Shown in pieces: positions 8,466 through 19,334 of a stretch of 64,000 nt of DNA. The stretch comes from Promethearchaeota archaeon. GTDB lineage: Archaea; Asgardarchaeota; Lokiarchaeia; Sigyniarchaeales; SOKP01. A program made the translations under genes and the position numbers. The notes beneath the pieces are model-generated. The model saw only the letters and a list, made by a program, of their open reading frames with translations. It was not told where the DNA came from and made no database searches. Positions within the stretch are counted from its first letter, which is position 1; each line of letters begins with the position of its first letter. The DNA is taken from the NCBI GenBank assembly GCA_048940925.1, contig JBHLOC010000028.1, positions 8,274 through 72,273 of the forward strand, written 5' to 3'.

Positions 8466-11400
8466 TTATTCTCTTTTTTTTTTACCTTTATCAGCTTCTT
8501 TAATCAATTTTTTGAGACTATCTATTTCTTCTCTTTCTTTATCTCGTTTTAATTTCTCTTCTTCTTTCTTTTTTTCTTTTGCCCTTTTACCTATCTCATC
8601 AATAAGTTCTTGTTTAATTTTAATTAAATCACTCATTTTTTTTCTAAATTCTTTTGCCTCGAGTTTAATTTGTTCCTTTTGTTCTTTATCTTTTGATTTT
8701 GCTTTACTTAATCCCTCCTCAATCAATTTCATAATTTTATCTGTTTCATTACTAACTTCACTAATTGCTTGTTCCATTTCAGCATCTTTAACTTCTCTTC
8801 TTCTTTTTTCTAATATCCGTTGGTTTTCTAATTGTTTTTGAATTTCATTAATTCTTGATTCCTCAGCTTTAATTCTAGTTTCCAGAATTTTAGTATTTTT
8901 TATTTCTGATTCGATATATTTAATTTCTTCTTGCCATCCAATTTCTTTAAATTTGGAAATAGCGTTATTAAACTTTTCATATGCATTTTCAAAATCATGA
9001 TATGCTACTAGTTTCTTTCCTTCATCAATGAATTTTAATCCCTCATCTCTTATTTGACCAAAATGTTTTTTCTTAACAAATAGTTCCCTATATTGTTTTT
9101 CTTGTTCACGTTTTAGTAGTTCTTGTTCTAATCTTCTCCTTCTTACCTCTTCCTGGAACTTTTCATATTCTATTTGTCTTTGTATTCGAGTTTCTTCTTC
9201 TAACTTCTTCTTTTTAAAGTAATTAACTTGTTCTTGCTGTAAATCTTTGAGTAAAGCATTTAAATTATTTATTTCTGGCTCCCATCCTATATTTTCAGCT
9301 AAAATATTTCTTGCTTGAACGTATAAAGAAATTGCATTATTAAAATCTGGAGTAAGTTGTTTCAAGTATTTTCCAGCTTCATCGAGCAAAGAATAAGCAG
9401 ATTCCCTGACACTCATCTGTTCTTGAATCATTTTTTCCCTTTGTTTTTGAGCTAATAATTGTGCTTTTTTCTTTTCTTCTTCTTGCCTTTTTCTTTCATC
9501 TATAAGAATTTTTAATGCTTTTTCTTCTTTTAATCTGTCAATTTCTTTTTGAATTTTTAATTCTTCTTGCTCTTCTCTTTGCTTTATTAATTTATTTACC
9601 TTTAGAATCATATTATTTATAGAATCTGTAGGAAACTGTAATTCATTTAGAATTAATCCCGCTTTTCTATAACTTTCAATAGCTTTCTTATATTTCGATG
9701 CTTTTAGAAATTTTTCTGCATCATCAAGTATGTTAAATGCATGTTCTTTCCTCATTTCAAGTCTAGCTTTCAATTCATTTCTTTCTTGGATCTTTATTTG
9801 CTTATTCTGTAATCTTTCTTTTTCTAATTGAAGAGAATTAGAGATATTTTGTTCAAATTCCCACACTTCTCTTTCTCTCTGTATACTTAATTGTAAATCA
9901 TTTTGTATTTGTATTAGATGTTCTTTTTTCTTCTCTTGGACTTTTTGAATAGTCTCTCTAATTGCTTCTGTAGGAAATGAAATTTCGTTTAAAATTAACT
10001 CTGCTGAATGATAATATTCAAGTGCTTTATCATATTGTGCTTGATTCATATATATCTCTGCTTCATCTAGTATCCTAAAAGCATCGTCTTTTCTTTTTTC
10101 CATGTAAGCACGATACTTATTTTGTCTTTCAAGTTCGATTTGTTTACTCTTCATTTTTAACTCATTAATTTTTATATTTTCAGCTATTTTTTGTTGAAAT
10201 TCAAATTGTTCACGGTCTTTCTGGAATTTAGATTTTAATTCCATTTGCTTTCTAGTCAAATCTTCCCTGCTTTTCATTTGAACTTTATAAATCATTTCTC
10301 TAATCAAATTAGTCGGAAAACCTATCTCACTTAAGATTAATTCTGCTTTACGATACATTTCAGTCGTTTTATCGTATTCAGCTTGTTTTAACAAATTTTC
10401 AGCATGATCCATAATTTCAAAGGCTTCTAATTTACGTGATTCCATTTTCTGTAATAGGTTCTTGCGTTCTTGAATTTTTAATTCTTTTACTTCCAATCTT
10501 TTCTTTTCTCTTAGTATACTCTCAGAGATCTTGGATTGAAATTGTTGTTGTTCTTGCTGTTGTTTAATCTTCAATTCTTTTTCTAATTCCTCCTGTCTTT
10601 CCAGATCACTTTTTCTCTTTTCAATTGTAGCTATTGTATTAGTTAATAATTTTAAATATTCACTGGTCCAACCTATTTCATTTAATATTTGAATAGCATG
10701 TTGGTAACTTACTATTGCATTATCAAAATCTTGATGTTTAAGAGATTCATACCCATTATTAATCAAATTAAAAGCCTCTTGTTGTTTCATTAAGTTTTGA
10801 GCACTTATGAGTTTTTGACTTTTTAAATTCTCTTCTTCCTCTATAGCCATTGCTCGTTCTCTATTTCTGTATAATTGTATTTGTTCCATAAATTCATAAT
10901 TCTCCTTTTCCTTATTTATAGAATCCTGTAATAATTTTGCATTTAGTGTATCATCTTCTCTCTTTCTTTGTAAAATATTCTGAATTGCATTTTCAAGAAT
11001 AGGAATTTCATCATTCCATTGAATTTGGGCAAAAATATTAGCCACATCTCGATAAATCTCAATAACATCTTCAAATTTTCCCTGTGAAAGAAAATTGTTA
11101 GCCTTATCCAATAGTTTAAATCCTTCTTCTCTTTTTTCTTCCCTAAATGCTAACTCTTCTTCCTGTTTTCTTAATATTATCTCTCTTTGTCTTAATTTTT
11201 CACTTCGGGTTTTCATATCTTCTAACACAAGTTTATGAAACAATTTATCCTCCTTTTCTCGCTCAAGACTAGCTTTTAATTCCATCTGTTTTTTAAGTTC
11301 TGTCTCACCTTTTTTATTCTTAACCTCATTAATAGCTCTTTGAATCAAATCAATTTCATCATCCCATTGAATCTCTTTAAAAACCTCAGTAGCCTTCTGA

Positions 11401-14400
11401 TATAGTATAATTGCATCATCAAAATTGCTCTGTTCAATATTCTTTTGCGCTTTTTCTAAAAGATTGAACGCGTCTTCTTTTCTTTTTTCAATAAATAATC
11501 TCTTTTCTTCCTGTTTTCTTAGTTTTTCTTCCTTCTCTCTCATTTTAAGTTGTTCTAATTTCATTTGTTCCGCTATCTTTTGCTGGATTAACTTATCTTC
11601 CTGTTCTCTTCTAAGATTTAATTCAAGTGCTTCAATTTTCTTTATATCATCATCTTTCTTTTTCTCCTGAATTTTTTGAATAGTTTCTCTAATGATATTA
11701 GTAGGAAAAGAAATTTCATTTAATAATAGTTCTGCTTTACGATAATGTTCAATCGAATTATCATATTCACCCCGCTTTAATGATTTTTCAGCTTGATCCA
11801 TAGCCTTAAAAGCTTCTACTTTATGGATTTCCATTTGCTTAACTAATTCTTCACGTTTCTGAATTTCAAATTCCTTAGCTTCTAATCTTTCTTTTTCATT
11901 TTTTATATAAGTAGAAATTTTATTTTGGAATTGCTCCTCTTCTTTTTGACGATTTAATGCCATTTCAAATTCCAATTGTTTTTCTTTTTCCTTTTTCTCC
12001 TTTCTTTCTTGAATGGTTTGAATCGTTTCTTTTAACAATTTTAAATAATCTTCTCGCCACCCTATTCCTTTTAAGATTATTATAGCATTTTTATACTTTT
12101 CTAAAGCTTCATTGAACTTTTCCTCTTTGAGATAATTATCGGTCTGTTCAAAAATTTTAAATGCTCTTTCTTGTTCAACAAGATTTAGTGCTGAAATATT
12201 TTTCTCTTTTTCAAGCTTTTTTTGCTCTTCTAAAGCTTGTACCTTTTCTCTTTCTCTTTGAACTAATATCTTGTTCATAAATACTTTATCTGCTGTTTCT
12301 TTTTCAATTGCTTGTTTTAATAATTTTTGTTTATTAAGTTCATTCTCTCTCTTTTTCTCTTTAATATCATCTATTGTAGTTTGAATAATTGGAATTTCTT
12401 CTATCCATTGTATCTGGGCAAATATATTTGCTATATCATAATAGATTTCAATAGCATCGTCAAATTTTCCAAAAGAAAGGAAATTTTGAGCTTTTTCTAA
12501 CAAATCAAATGCTTCATTCTTTTTACTTTCTTGATAAATTCTCAATTTTTCTTTTTCCATTAAAGTAAATTCTTTTTCTTTCAATTTTTCACTTTGGGCT
12601 TTCAAATCTCTAGTGATAAGTTCTTGAAACCTTTTATTCTCTTTTTCACGCTCAAAGTCGGCTTGAATTTTCAATTGTTTTTGCAATTTGGCCTCTTTTT
12701 TCTGATTTTCAATTTCTATTATAGAATTTTGAATTAAGCTTATTTCATTTTTCCAATTTGCGTCTGCAAAAAAATTGATAGCATACCGCAATATTTCAAT
12801 AGCATCATCAAAATGACCTTGTTTTAAATTTTCCTGTGATTCTTCTAATAATTTAAAACCTGCTATTCTTCTTTCTTCACGTATTTGTAATTCTTTCTCC
12901 TGTTCTCTTAACTGAATTTCTTGTCTTTTCAGTTTTTCCTTTTCTTGTTTTAAATGTTTAGTAATTTGCTTTTGAAAAGCTTCTTCCTTTTTTTCTCTTT
13001 CTAGAGCATCTTGCATCTTTTTTTGTCTTAAAATCTTTTGATCACTTTGCAATTTTTCCACTTGGTGTATAGAACTTTCAATTAAAGGAATTTCCTCAGT
13101 CCATCGTATTTCAGCAAAAATATTGCCGGCATTTTGGTATGCCTCTATAGCGTTATCATATTCTCCTCTTTTCACAAAATTTAATGCTGAATCTAAAAAC
13201 TCAAAAGCTTTTTCCCTTCTCTCTTTAAAATATTTTACTTCTACTTCTTTTTCCTTTAAAACTATCTCTCTTTTTTTTAATTGCTCACGCTCTTTATTTA
13301 ATTGAGTAGCAATTTGCTTCTGGAAATCAACTTCAGCTTGTTTACTTTTTTCCAATCGTTTTTGATCCTCATATTGCATCTTTAGTCTAGCATTTTTAAG
13401 CTTCTCAATATTTAATATTGTATTTTTAATTGTGTTGATGTAAGTTTCCCAACCTGCTCCTAAATCCTCTAAAATTACCAATGCTTTCTGATACTCATTA
13501 ATAGCTCCTTCAAAGTTTTTTTCCTTCAAAATATCATCTGCTTTATCTAAAATCTTAAAGAGATCTTTCTCTTTTTCTAGATAAACTTTCCTTTTTAATT
13601 CAAATTCTTCTCTCTTATTCTCTAATTCTTTAGCAGATTCTATCGCCTGCTTCATTTCCTTTAAATAAATAGATTCTTGAACTCTGAACAATTCTTTTTC
13701 TCGTTTTTCTTTAAGAAGTTCAGAATTTTTTTCTCTTTCTTGCTTTTCCTTGATACTACTTATTAAATTAATTACTGGTTGAATATAAGAATCCCATTCT
13801 ATAGATTTAAGGAGCTGAATTGCTTCTTCAAGTTTCTCGATTGCTTTATTATATTCTCTTTCTCTTTCAAACTTTTTTCCTATATCAATTAAATTGAAAG
13901 CTTTAATTTGTACTTGCTCTTCAATTCTTTTGCGTTCTTCAAACTCAATAAGTTTATTTCTTTGCAAGTCTGCTTCTGAATTTAATGCTTCAGAGTCTTC
14001 CTCAATTTTACTAGTTATCGGTGTTATAGCTTGTTTTTGTTGAATTTGAAATTTTTCAATCTGTTCTTTATCTCTTTTAAGTTTTTCGATAATCGTTAAG
14101 ATATTCTGAGTTTGGGCAGTCCAGCCTATGGAATTTAATAATTGGACTGCTTCTTTATAATTGTTAATTGCATTATCAAACTTTCTTTCCTTTTCAAAAA
14201 CCTTGGCTTTATCAATAAGGGAGAAAGCTTCATTTTGTACTTCCTCTTCATGTTTCTTCTGTTCTCTATATCTAGCAATCGTTTCTGCTTTCTCTGGAGC
14301 TGATTTTTCTCCAAACATTCCAACAATTTGAGGTGATTCATCCATCTGGGGTTGTGAGATTTTTTCTAATGAAATCTTTTCCTGTTGTTGTTTTAATTGA

Positions 14401-14840
14401 AATTCTTTTTGCTGCTTGATATTACTAGCTAGATTTTTTATTTTTTCTCTCAAATTTTCTAATTGTAACTCAGACCAACCAGATTGGGATAATAAATTAA
14501 TAGCAGACATATATTGTTGAATAGCTTCTTCATAATAACCGTTAGATTCTAATTCTTTTGCTCCTTCTAATATTGAAAAAGCTTGATCTTGAATATGTTC
14601 TAATTGCGCTTGAATCTGAGTTCGTTCATATAATTTTTCTTGTTTAAGAAAATTATTTAATTCTTCTATTCTTTCATATATATCTTTAATTCTATGAGTT
14701 AATACTCCACTCTGCTTTAGATATTCGGCAGCCTTTTGATAATGAGATATTGCCTTTTCTGCCTTACGCTCTTCTTCAAAACCTTGAGCTAGTTCTAAAA
14801 ATTTTAAGGCTTCCTGAGCTAATTCATCTGGATTATGCAT
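8466..14840 (-). CDS. Giant (2124 aa) all-helical repeat protein: about 18 TPR/MIT-like modules joined by charged coiled-coil segments
   Basis: Recurrent motif AFxLLxxA..G.FDxAIExY..A..I..EI.W/FP about every 110-120 aa, with E/K/Q/R-rich linkers. No TM segment or signal peptide. Confidence 0.85.
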   Translation of the reverse strand: MHNPDELAQEALKFLELAQGFEEERKAEKAISHYQKAAEYLKQSGVLTHRIKDIYERIEELNNFLKQEKLYERTQIQAQLEHIQDQAFSILEGAKELESNGYYEEAIQQYMSAINLLSQSGWSELQLENLREKIKNLASNIKQQKEFQLKQQQEKISLEKISQPQMDESPQIVGMFGEKSAPEKAETIARYREQKKHEEEVQNEAFSLIDKAKVFEKERKFDNAINNYKEAVQLLNSIGWTAQTQNILTIIEKLKRDKEQIEKFQIQQKQAITPITSKIEEDSEALNSEADLQRNKLIEFEERKRIEEQVQIKAFNLIDIGKKFEREREYNKAIEKLEEAIQLLKSIEWDSYIQPVINLISSIKEKQEREKNSELLKEKREKELFRVQESIYLKEMKQAIESAKELENKREEFELKRKVYLEKEKDLFKILDKADDILKEKNFEGAINEYQKALVILEDLGAGWETYINTIKNTILNIEKLKNARLKMQYEDQKRLEKSKQAEVDFQKQIATQLNKEREQLKKREIVLKEKEVEVKYFKERREKAFEFLDSALNFVKRGEYDNAIEAYQNAGNIFAEIRWTEEIPLIESSIHQVEKLQSDQKILRQKKMQDALEREKKEEAFQKQITKHLKQEKEKLKRQEIQLREQEKELQIREERRIAGFKLLEESQENLKQGHFDDAIEILRYAINFFADANWKNEISLIQNSIIEIENQKKEAKLQKQLKIQADFEREKENKRFQELITRDLKAQSEKLKEKEFTLMEKEKLRIYQESKKNEAFDLLEKAQNFLSFGKFDDAIEIYYDIANIFAQIQWIEEIPIIQTTIDDIKEKKRENELNKQKLLKQAIEKETADKVFMNKILVQREREKVQALEEQKKLEKEKNISALNLVEQERAFKIFEQTDNYLKEEKFNEALEKYKNAIIILKGIGWREDYLKLLKETIQTIQERKEKKEKEKQLEFEMALNRQKEEEQFQNKISTYIKNEKERLEAKEFEIQKREELVKQMEIHKVEAFKAMDQAEKSLKRGEYDNSIEHYRKAELLLNEISFPTNIIRETIQKIQEKKKDDDIKKIEALELNLRREQEDKLIQQKIAEQMKLEQLKMREKEEKLRKQEEKRLFIEKRKEDAFNLLEKAQKNIEQSNFDDAIILYQKATEVFKEIQWDDEIDLIQRAINEVKNKKGETELKKQMELKASLEREKEDKLFHKLVLEDMKTRSEKLRQREIILRKQEEELAFREEKREEGFKLLDKANNFLSQGKFEDVIEIYRDVANIFAQIQWNDEIPILENAIQNILQRKREDDTLNAKLLQDSINKEKENYEFMEQIQLYRNRERAMAIEEEENLKSQKLISAQNLMKQQEAFNLINNGYESLKHQDFDNAIVSYQHAIQILNEIGWTSEYLKLLTNTIATIEKRKSDLERQEELEKELKIKQQQEQQQFQSKISESILREKKRLEVKELKIQERKNLLQKMESRKLEAFEIMDHAENLLKQAEYDKTTEMYRKAELILSEIGFPTNLIREMIYKVQMKSREDLTRKQMELKSKFQKDREQFEFQQKIAENIKINELKMKSKQIELERQNKYRAYMEKRKDDAFRILDEAEIYMNQAQYDKALEYYHSAELILNEISFPTEAIRETIQKVQEKKKEHLIQIQNDLQLSIQREREVWEFEQNISNSLQLEKERLQNKQIKIQERNELKARLEMRKEHAFNILDDAEKFLKASKYKKAIESYRKAGLILNELQFPTDSINNMILKVNKLIKQREEQEELKIQKEIDRLKEEKALKILIDERKRQEEEKKKAQLLAQKQREKMIQEQMSVRESAYSLLDEAGKYLKQLTPDFNNAISLYVQARNILAENIGWEPEINNLNALLKDLQQEQVNYFKKKKLEEETRIQRQIEYEKFQEEVRRRRLEQELLKREQEKQYRELFVKKKHFGQIRDEGLKFIDEGKKLVAYHDFENAYEKFNNAISKFKEIGWQEEIKYIESEIKNTKILETRIKAEESRINEIQKQLENQRILEKRRREVKDAEMEQAISEVSNETDKIMKLIEEGLSKAKSKDKEQKEQIKLEAKEFRKKMSDLIKIKQELIDEIGKRAKEKKKEEEKLKRDKEREEIDSLKKLIKEADKGKKKRE

Positions 14841-14975
14841 ATTAAATTAATCTTTTGTTTTGTAATTTAATTAAAAATATAACTACTGTTTTTCTTACTT
14901 AATTTACACTAAGTAATTAAACTTTTTATATTGTGATAACTATTTTAACTAAATTAATAAATACGATGAATATTT

Positions 14976-16928
14976 TTGAGCCAGAAATTAAATAGTAGAA
15001 TTATAATAGATTTTGAGCCGATTTCAAGAAGATTTTATCTACAAGAGGATAAAACGCTTTACGAAATCCTTACCGATTTGAATATTCCTATTCAAACTAT
15101 ATGTGGGGGATCAGGAACATGTGGAAAATGCAAGATTTTAATTCAGAAAGGCAAAGAATATTTAACATCAATAACAAAAAATGAAAAAAAATTTTTAAAT
15201 ATAGAAGAACTTGAGATGGGCTGGCGATTAGCTTGTCAGACAAGAATAAATAAAAATGATATAAAAGAATTAGAAAAACAATCTTCCCCTCAATTTCGGA
15301 TATTCCTACCAAATGAATTATTAATTGAGGATTTCAAAATCTTAGTAACTGGACCAGAAAAAGGTACAGAATTGCGACCAGCAATTAAAAAAGTCTATAT
15401 TGAGGTTAAGAAACCAACTTTAGAAGAACCTGTTCCTGATTTTGAAAGAGTTTTAACCGATCTACTAGCTCAAAATAAAGATATAACAAAAAATATTCAA
15501 ATTGATTTTAATGTATTGCACGATTTACCAGATATTTTAAGGCAAAATGACCATAAAATTACATTAGTTTTATGGAATTCTAATAAAATTATTGATTGCC
15601 AATTGGGGAATACTACTTCTAATAATTTTGGAATTGCATTTGATATTGGGACAACAACTATTGTAGGTTATTTAATCAATTTAAATGACGGGAAAATATA
15701 TTCTATTGATTCAAAATTAAATAGTCAAACCGCTTATGGAGAAGATGTTATTACACGCTTAACTTATATTAAAAATGATAAAAATAAGCTCAAAATTTTA
15801 AATTCTACTTTAATAAATGATTTAAATAAAATTATTGACAAGACCTCAACCGAAGCTAATATTAATCCTTCTCAAATTTATGAAGCCACTATTGTTGGTA
15901 ATTCTGTTATGCATCATTTATTTCTAGGATTAGATCCTGTGAATATTGGATTAAGCCCATATATTCCTGTAATTAAAAAAGGATTAAACATTAAAGCGAG
16001 AGATTTAAAACTTAACATCTCTAAAAAAGGAAATGTTTATACTGCTCCACTTATTGCTGGATTCGTTGGAGCCGATACGATTGGAGTAATACTTTCTTCT
16101 AAAATTGAAAATGAAAAAGAACTTACGTTAGCAATTGACATTGGTACGAATGGTGAAATTATTATAGGAAATCATAAAGTTTTAGCTGTTGGATCATGCG
16201 CTGCAGGCTCCGCATTAGAAGGAGCACACATCCGTGATGGAATGCGCGCAGCATCAGGTGCAATCGATTCTATAAAAATATCCCCTAAAAGCCTTGATGT
16301 CTCTTACACAACAATTAGAAATAAAGCACCTATAGGAATTTGTGGTTCTGGTTTAGTAGATGCTATAGCAGAAATGTTGAAATCTAAAATTCTAACTAGA
16401 AGTGGAAATTTTAACAAAGAATTGCTTGACCATGAAAGATTTATTAAAAAAGATAAAAATAATGAATTTATTATAGTTAAAAGAAATGAAACATCAATTG
16501 AGAAAGATATAACTCTTACTCAAAATGATGTTAGACAAATTCAGATGGCAAAAGCCGCCTTTTACTCAGGTGCAAGGATCATTTTACAACATTTAGGAGA
16601 TTCATTAGAAATTGAGCAAGTATTTTTAGCAGGAGCTTTTGGAAACTATATTAATCCTAAAAATGCTAAATTTATTGGTATGATTCCAGATATCAATGAT
16701 GAGAAAATTTATCAAATTGGAAATGCAGCAGGGATAGGAGCTCAATATTGTTTACTAAATAAGAATTTAAGAGATAAGGCAGAACAGTTATTAGCTAAAA
16801 TTCAATATGTAGAGATTGCTGTAAAAAAAGAATTTCAAAAAGAATATGCTGAAGCTATGTATTTTCCTCACTTAAATTTAAATTTATTTCCAAATTTAAA
16901 AGAGTATAAAGAAATACCGAAAAGATAA
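14976..16928 (+). CDS. ASKHA-domain reductive activator of corrinoid proteins (RACo/AcsV-like) with N-terminal 2Fe-2S domain
   Basis: CGGSGTCGKC...RLACQ, DIGTTT, GEDVITR, GFVGAD, DIGTNGE, CAAGSALEG, GICGSG, LAGAFG and GNAAG motifs. Confidence 0.92.
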   Translation: MSQKLNSRIIIDFEPISRRFYLQEDKTLYEILTDLNIPIQTICGGSGTCGKCKILIQKGKEYLTSITKNEKKFLNIEELEMGWRLACQTRINKNDIKELEKQSSPQFRIFLPNELLIEDFKILVTGPEKGTELRPAIKKVYIEVKKPTLEEPVPDFERVLTDLLAQNKDITKNIQIDFNVLHDLPDILRQNDHKITLVLWNSNKIIDCQLGNTTSNNFGIAFDIGTTTIVGYLINLNDGKIYSIDSKLNSQTAYGEDVITRLTYIKNDKNKLKILNSTLINDLNKIIDKTSTEANINPSQIYEATIVGNSVMHHLFLGLDPVNIGLSPYIPVIKKGLNIKARDLKLNISKKGNVYTAPLIAGFVGADTIGVILSSKIENEKELTLAIDIGTNGEIIIGNHKVLAVGSCAAGSALEGAHIRDGMRAASGAIDSIKISPKSLDVSYTTIRNKAPIGICGSGLVDAIAEMLKSKILTRSGNFNKELLDHERFIKKDKNNEFIIVKRNETSIEKDITLTQNDVRQIQMAKAAFYSGARIILQHLGDSLEIEQVFLAGAFGNYINPKNAKFIGMIPDINDEKIYQIGNAAGIGAQYCLLNKNLRDKAEQLLAKIQYVEIAVKKEFQKEYAEAMYFPHLNLNLFPNLKEYKEIPKR

Positions 16929-17119
16929 ATATATTTTTAAATATATAAAATTCAATTTGAGTTTTTGTAAAAATATTTAAATTTTTAATTTATCTAATCT
17001 TTAATTTAATTTGTATTGTCAAATTAAATAAATTCTTAAATATCATTTACAATAATATTTTATATAAATAAACAAAAATTTAAAAAAAAAATATAAATTA
17101 ACAACGTGAATAAAGCCTT

Positions 17120-17644
17120 ATGTCGAGTTTTAAGCTCAAAGTATTATTAACAGGAGCAGCTGCTGTAGGCAAAACCAGCCTTGTCCAACGATTTATTAAA
17201 AATAGATTTCAAGCTAATTATAAATTAACTGTTGGAGTAGATATATTGACGAAAGATGTTGAATTCCGATCTGGTGAAATAGCAACTCTGTCGATATGGG
17301 ATATTGGAGGACAGCAACGCTTCGAATTCATTCGAAGTACCTTCTATAAAGGTGCCGCAGGTGCTTTATTGGTCTTTGACTTAACTCGAGAACAAACTTA
17401 TACAGAAACTCGAAAATGGTTGACAGAAATACGTCAATTTGCAGGTGAAAATATTCCCTTTGTACTTATTGGAAACAAAGCAGATTTAATGGAGGATGTT
17501 GGAGTAGTTATTGATAGAAATGAAGCACGTTCATATGCTGAAAATGAGGGTAGTATTTATATAGAAACATCTGCTAAAACAGGAGTGAATGTAGATGAGG
17601 CTTTCACAGAACTTACACGTAGAATCATTGATTCTAGGTCCTAA
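17120..17644 (+). CDS. Rab-like small GTPase
   Basis: GAAAVGKT, TVGVD, WDIGGQQRF, FYKGA, GNKAD and ETSAK motifs. No C-terminal Cys prenylation motif. Confidence 0.95.
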   Translation: MSSFKLKVLLTGAAAVGKTSLVQRFIKNRFQANYKLTVGVDILTKDVEFRSGEIATLSIWDIGGQQRFEFIRSTFYKGAAGALLVFDLTREQTYTETRKWLTEIRQFAGENIPFVLIGNKADLMEDVGVVIDRNEARSYAENEGSIYIETSAKTGVNVDEAFTELTRRIIDSRS

Positions 17645-17738
17645 CATTTAAAATGTAGTTTTTTCTTCTAATTAGATAAATAAGTTAATTCCTAATTTTA
17701 AAAAAGTATTAGTCTAATTACACTTTCATTAAAAAGAT

Positions 17739-19154
17739 TTAGTTAGTAGGCTCAAATTCTTCATAAAGATCATCATGGATGATTTTTATCGCGTCTATTA
17801 ATTGATCTTTTGCTATAACAATAGAAAAATTTAGTTCATCATAACTTTGGGAAATAGATTTAACTGTTATATTCTTTTTATCTAAAGCATTAAAAATTTC
17901 TGCTTTAGTTCGGTTTTCAAGGACCTTTAGACCAGTTATGTTAATCACTGCAACATCTTCCCATTTAATCTCAAAAAATTCAGAGAAAAACTCAGAATTA
18001 TTTAACGCTTGAATCGCTCTTTTTGAATCTTCTGCCCTTACAATGAATGATGTGCTTATTTCAGAAGAACTTTGCGCTACCAGTGAAACACTAATATTAT
18101 TTTTACTCATTTTTTTGAATATTTTTGCTAAAATCCCTGGAACATCAACCATACTCCCAGAAATTATAGTAATTATTGTCGCTAATTCTACAGCAGAAAT
18201 TCCCTTAATATGCTTTACATCAGTATGTTCAGAAATCTCAGTAAAGTTCTCTTCTAATGGGTTTTCAAAATTTCTGATTTCTAAGGGAATTTTATATTTT
18301 TCAATTGCTTCTAAACATTTAGGATGGAGAATTTTGGCTCCAAAATTAGCAATATGTTTTGCTTCAGTATAATCTAGATTCTTAATAAGAGAAGATTGAG
18401 GAACATACTTTGGATTAATTGCTAATAATCCCCCAACATCTTTCCATAAAATTACTTTAATATCTTTATCTTTACCTACATTATAAAGTGAATGTGCTAA
18501 AATCGTTGCTGAATAGTCTGAACCTCCTCTTCCTAATGTTGTAATATATCCAATTTTATTTCTTCCAATAAAGCCTGTAAAACATATGATTATATCTTTT
18601 CTAGGATTCTCTAAAATTGGGATTACAAGTTTTTGAACTCTAGAGTTTGTCAAGTCATATAAAGGATAAGCGTTATTGAATTCATCATCTGTGATAATTA
18701 CTTTGCTTGCTGGAATATAGACAGACTCTAATTTTTTACTTGCTAAATACTGATCTAAAATATAAGTTGATAATATTTCACCAAAACTCAATACATAATC
18801 TTTATAGTAAGGTTCTAACCCAAATTCTTTAACATCTGCTAATGTATCTTCTAATTCACTTAATTTATCATCTAACCAATCTTTTACTTTAAAATAATAT
18901 TCAGATTCTTCTTTAAATATCTGTTCAATAATATTAATATGCTTTTTCTCAATTAATGCAATATTTTTATCAATATCTTTAATTTCTTCTAATTTAAGTG
19001 CTGTTTTTAAAAGTAAATCAGTTATTCCGCTAAAAGCTGAGGTTACATATACTTTTTTTGAATTTTTATAGAGTTTGGTAATTTTAAGAATTTGCTTAAA
19101 GGAATTTAAATCATTTAAACAAGATCCTCCGAATTTCATAACTACAATCGGCAT
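17739..19154 (-). CDS. lysC: Aspartate kinase
   Basis: VMKFGGS, TLGRGGSDYSA, WKDV, FGAKILHP and two C-terminal ACT domains. Confidence 0.93.
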   Translation of the reverse strand: MPIVVMKFGGSCLNDLNSFKQILKITKLYKNSKKVYVTSAFSGITDLLLKTALKLEEIKDIDKNIALIEKKHINIIEQIFKEESEYYFKVKDWLDDKLSELEDTLADVKEFGLEPYYKDYVLSFGEILSTYILDQYLASKKLESVYIPASKVIITDDEFNNAYPLYDLTNSRVQKLVIPILENPRKDIIICFTGFIGRNKIGYITTLGRGGSDYSATILAHSLYNVGKDKDIKVILWKDVGGLLAINPKYVPQSSLIKNLDYTEAKHIANFGAKILHPKCLEAIEKYKIPLEIRNFENPLEENFTEISEHTDVKHIKGISAVELATIITIISGSMVDVPGILAKIFKKMSKNNISVSLVAQSSSEISTSFIVRAEDSKRAIQALNNSEFFSEFFEIKWEDVAVINITGLKVLENRTKAEIFNALDKKNITVKSISQSYDELNFSIVIAKDQLIDAIKIIHDDLYEEFEPTN

Positions 19155-19334
19155 ATTTCCCCAATTTAACTTATGACGCTCTATTTCTTTTAATTTTTAT
19201 TAATAAATATATTTTATCCAATAAAAATCATAAATATGTCATTATCTATTTTAAGTAATTATTATCTAAATAAAGCTGAATAAATGCATTCAATTTAAGA
19301 AAAAGTAAAATGATATGAATAATTTAACAATAGG

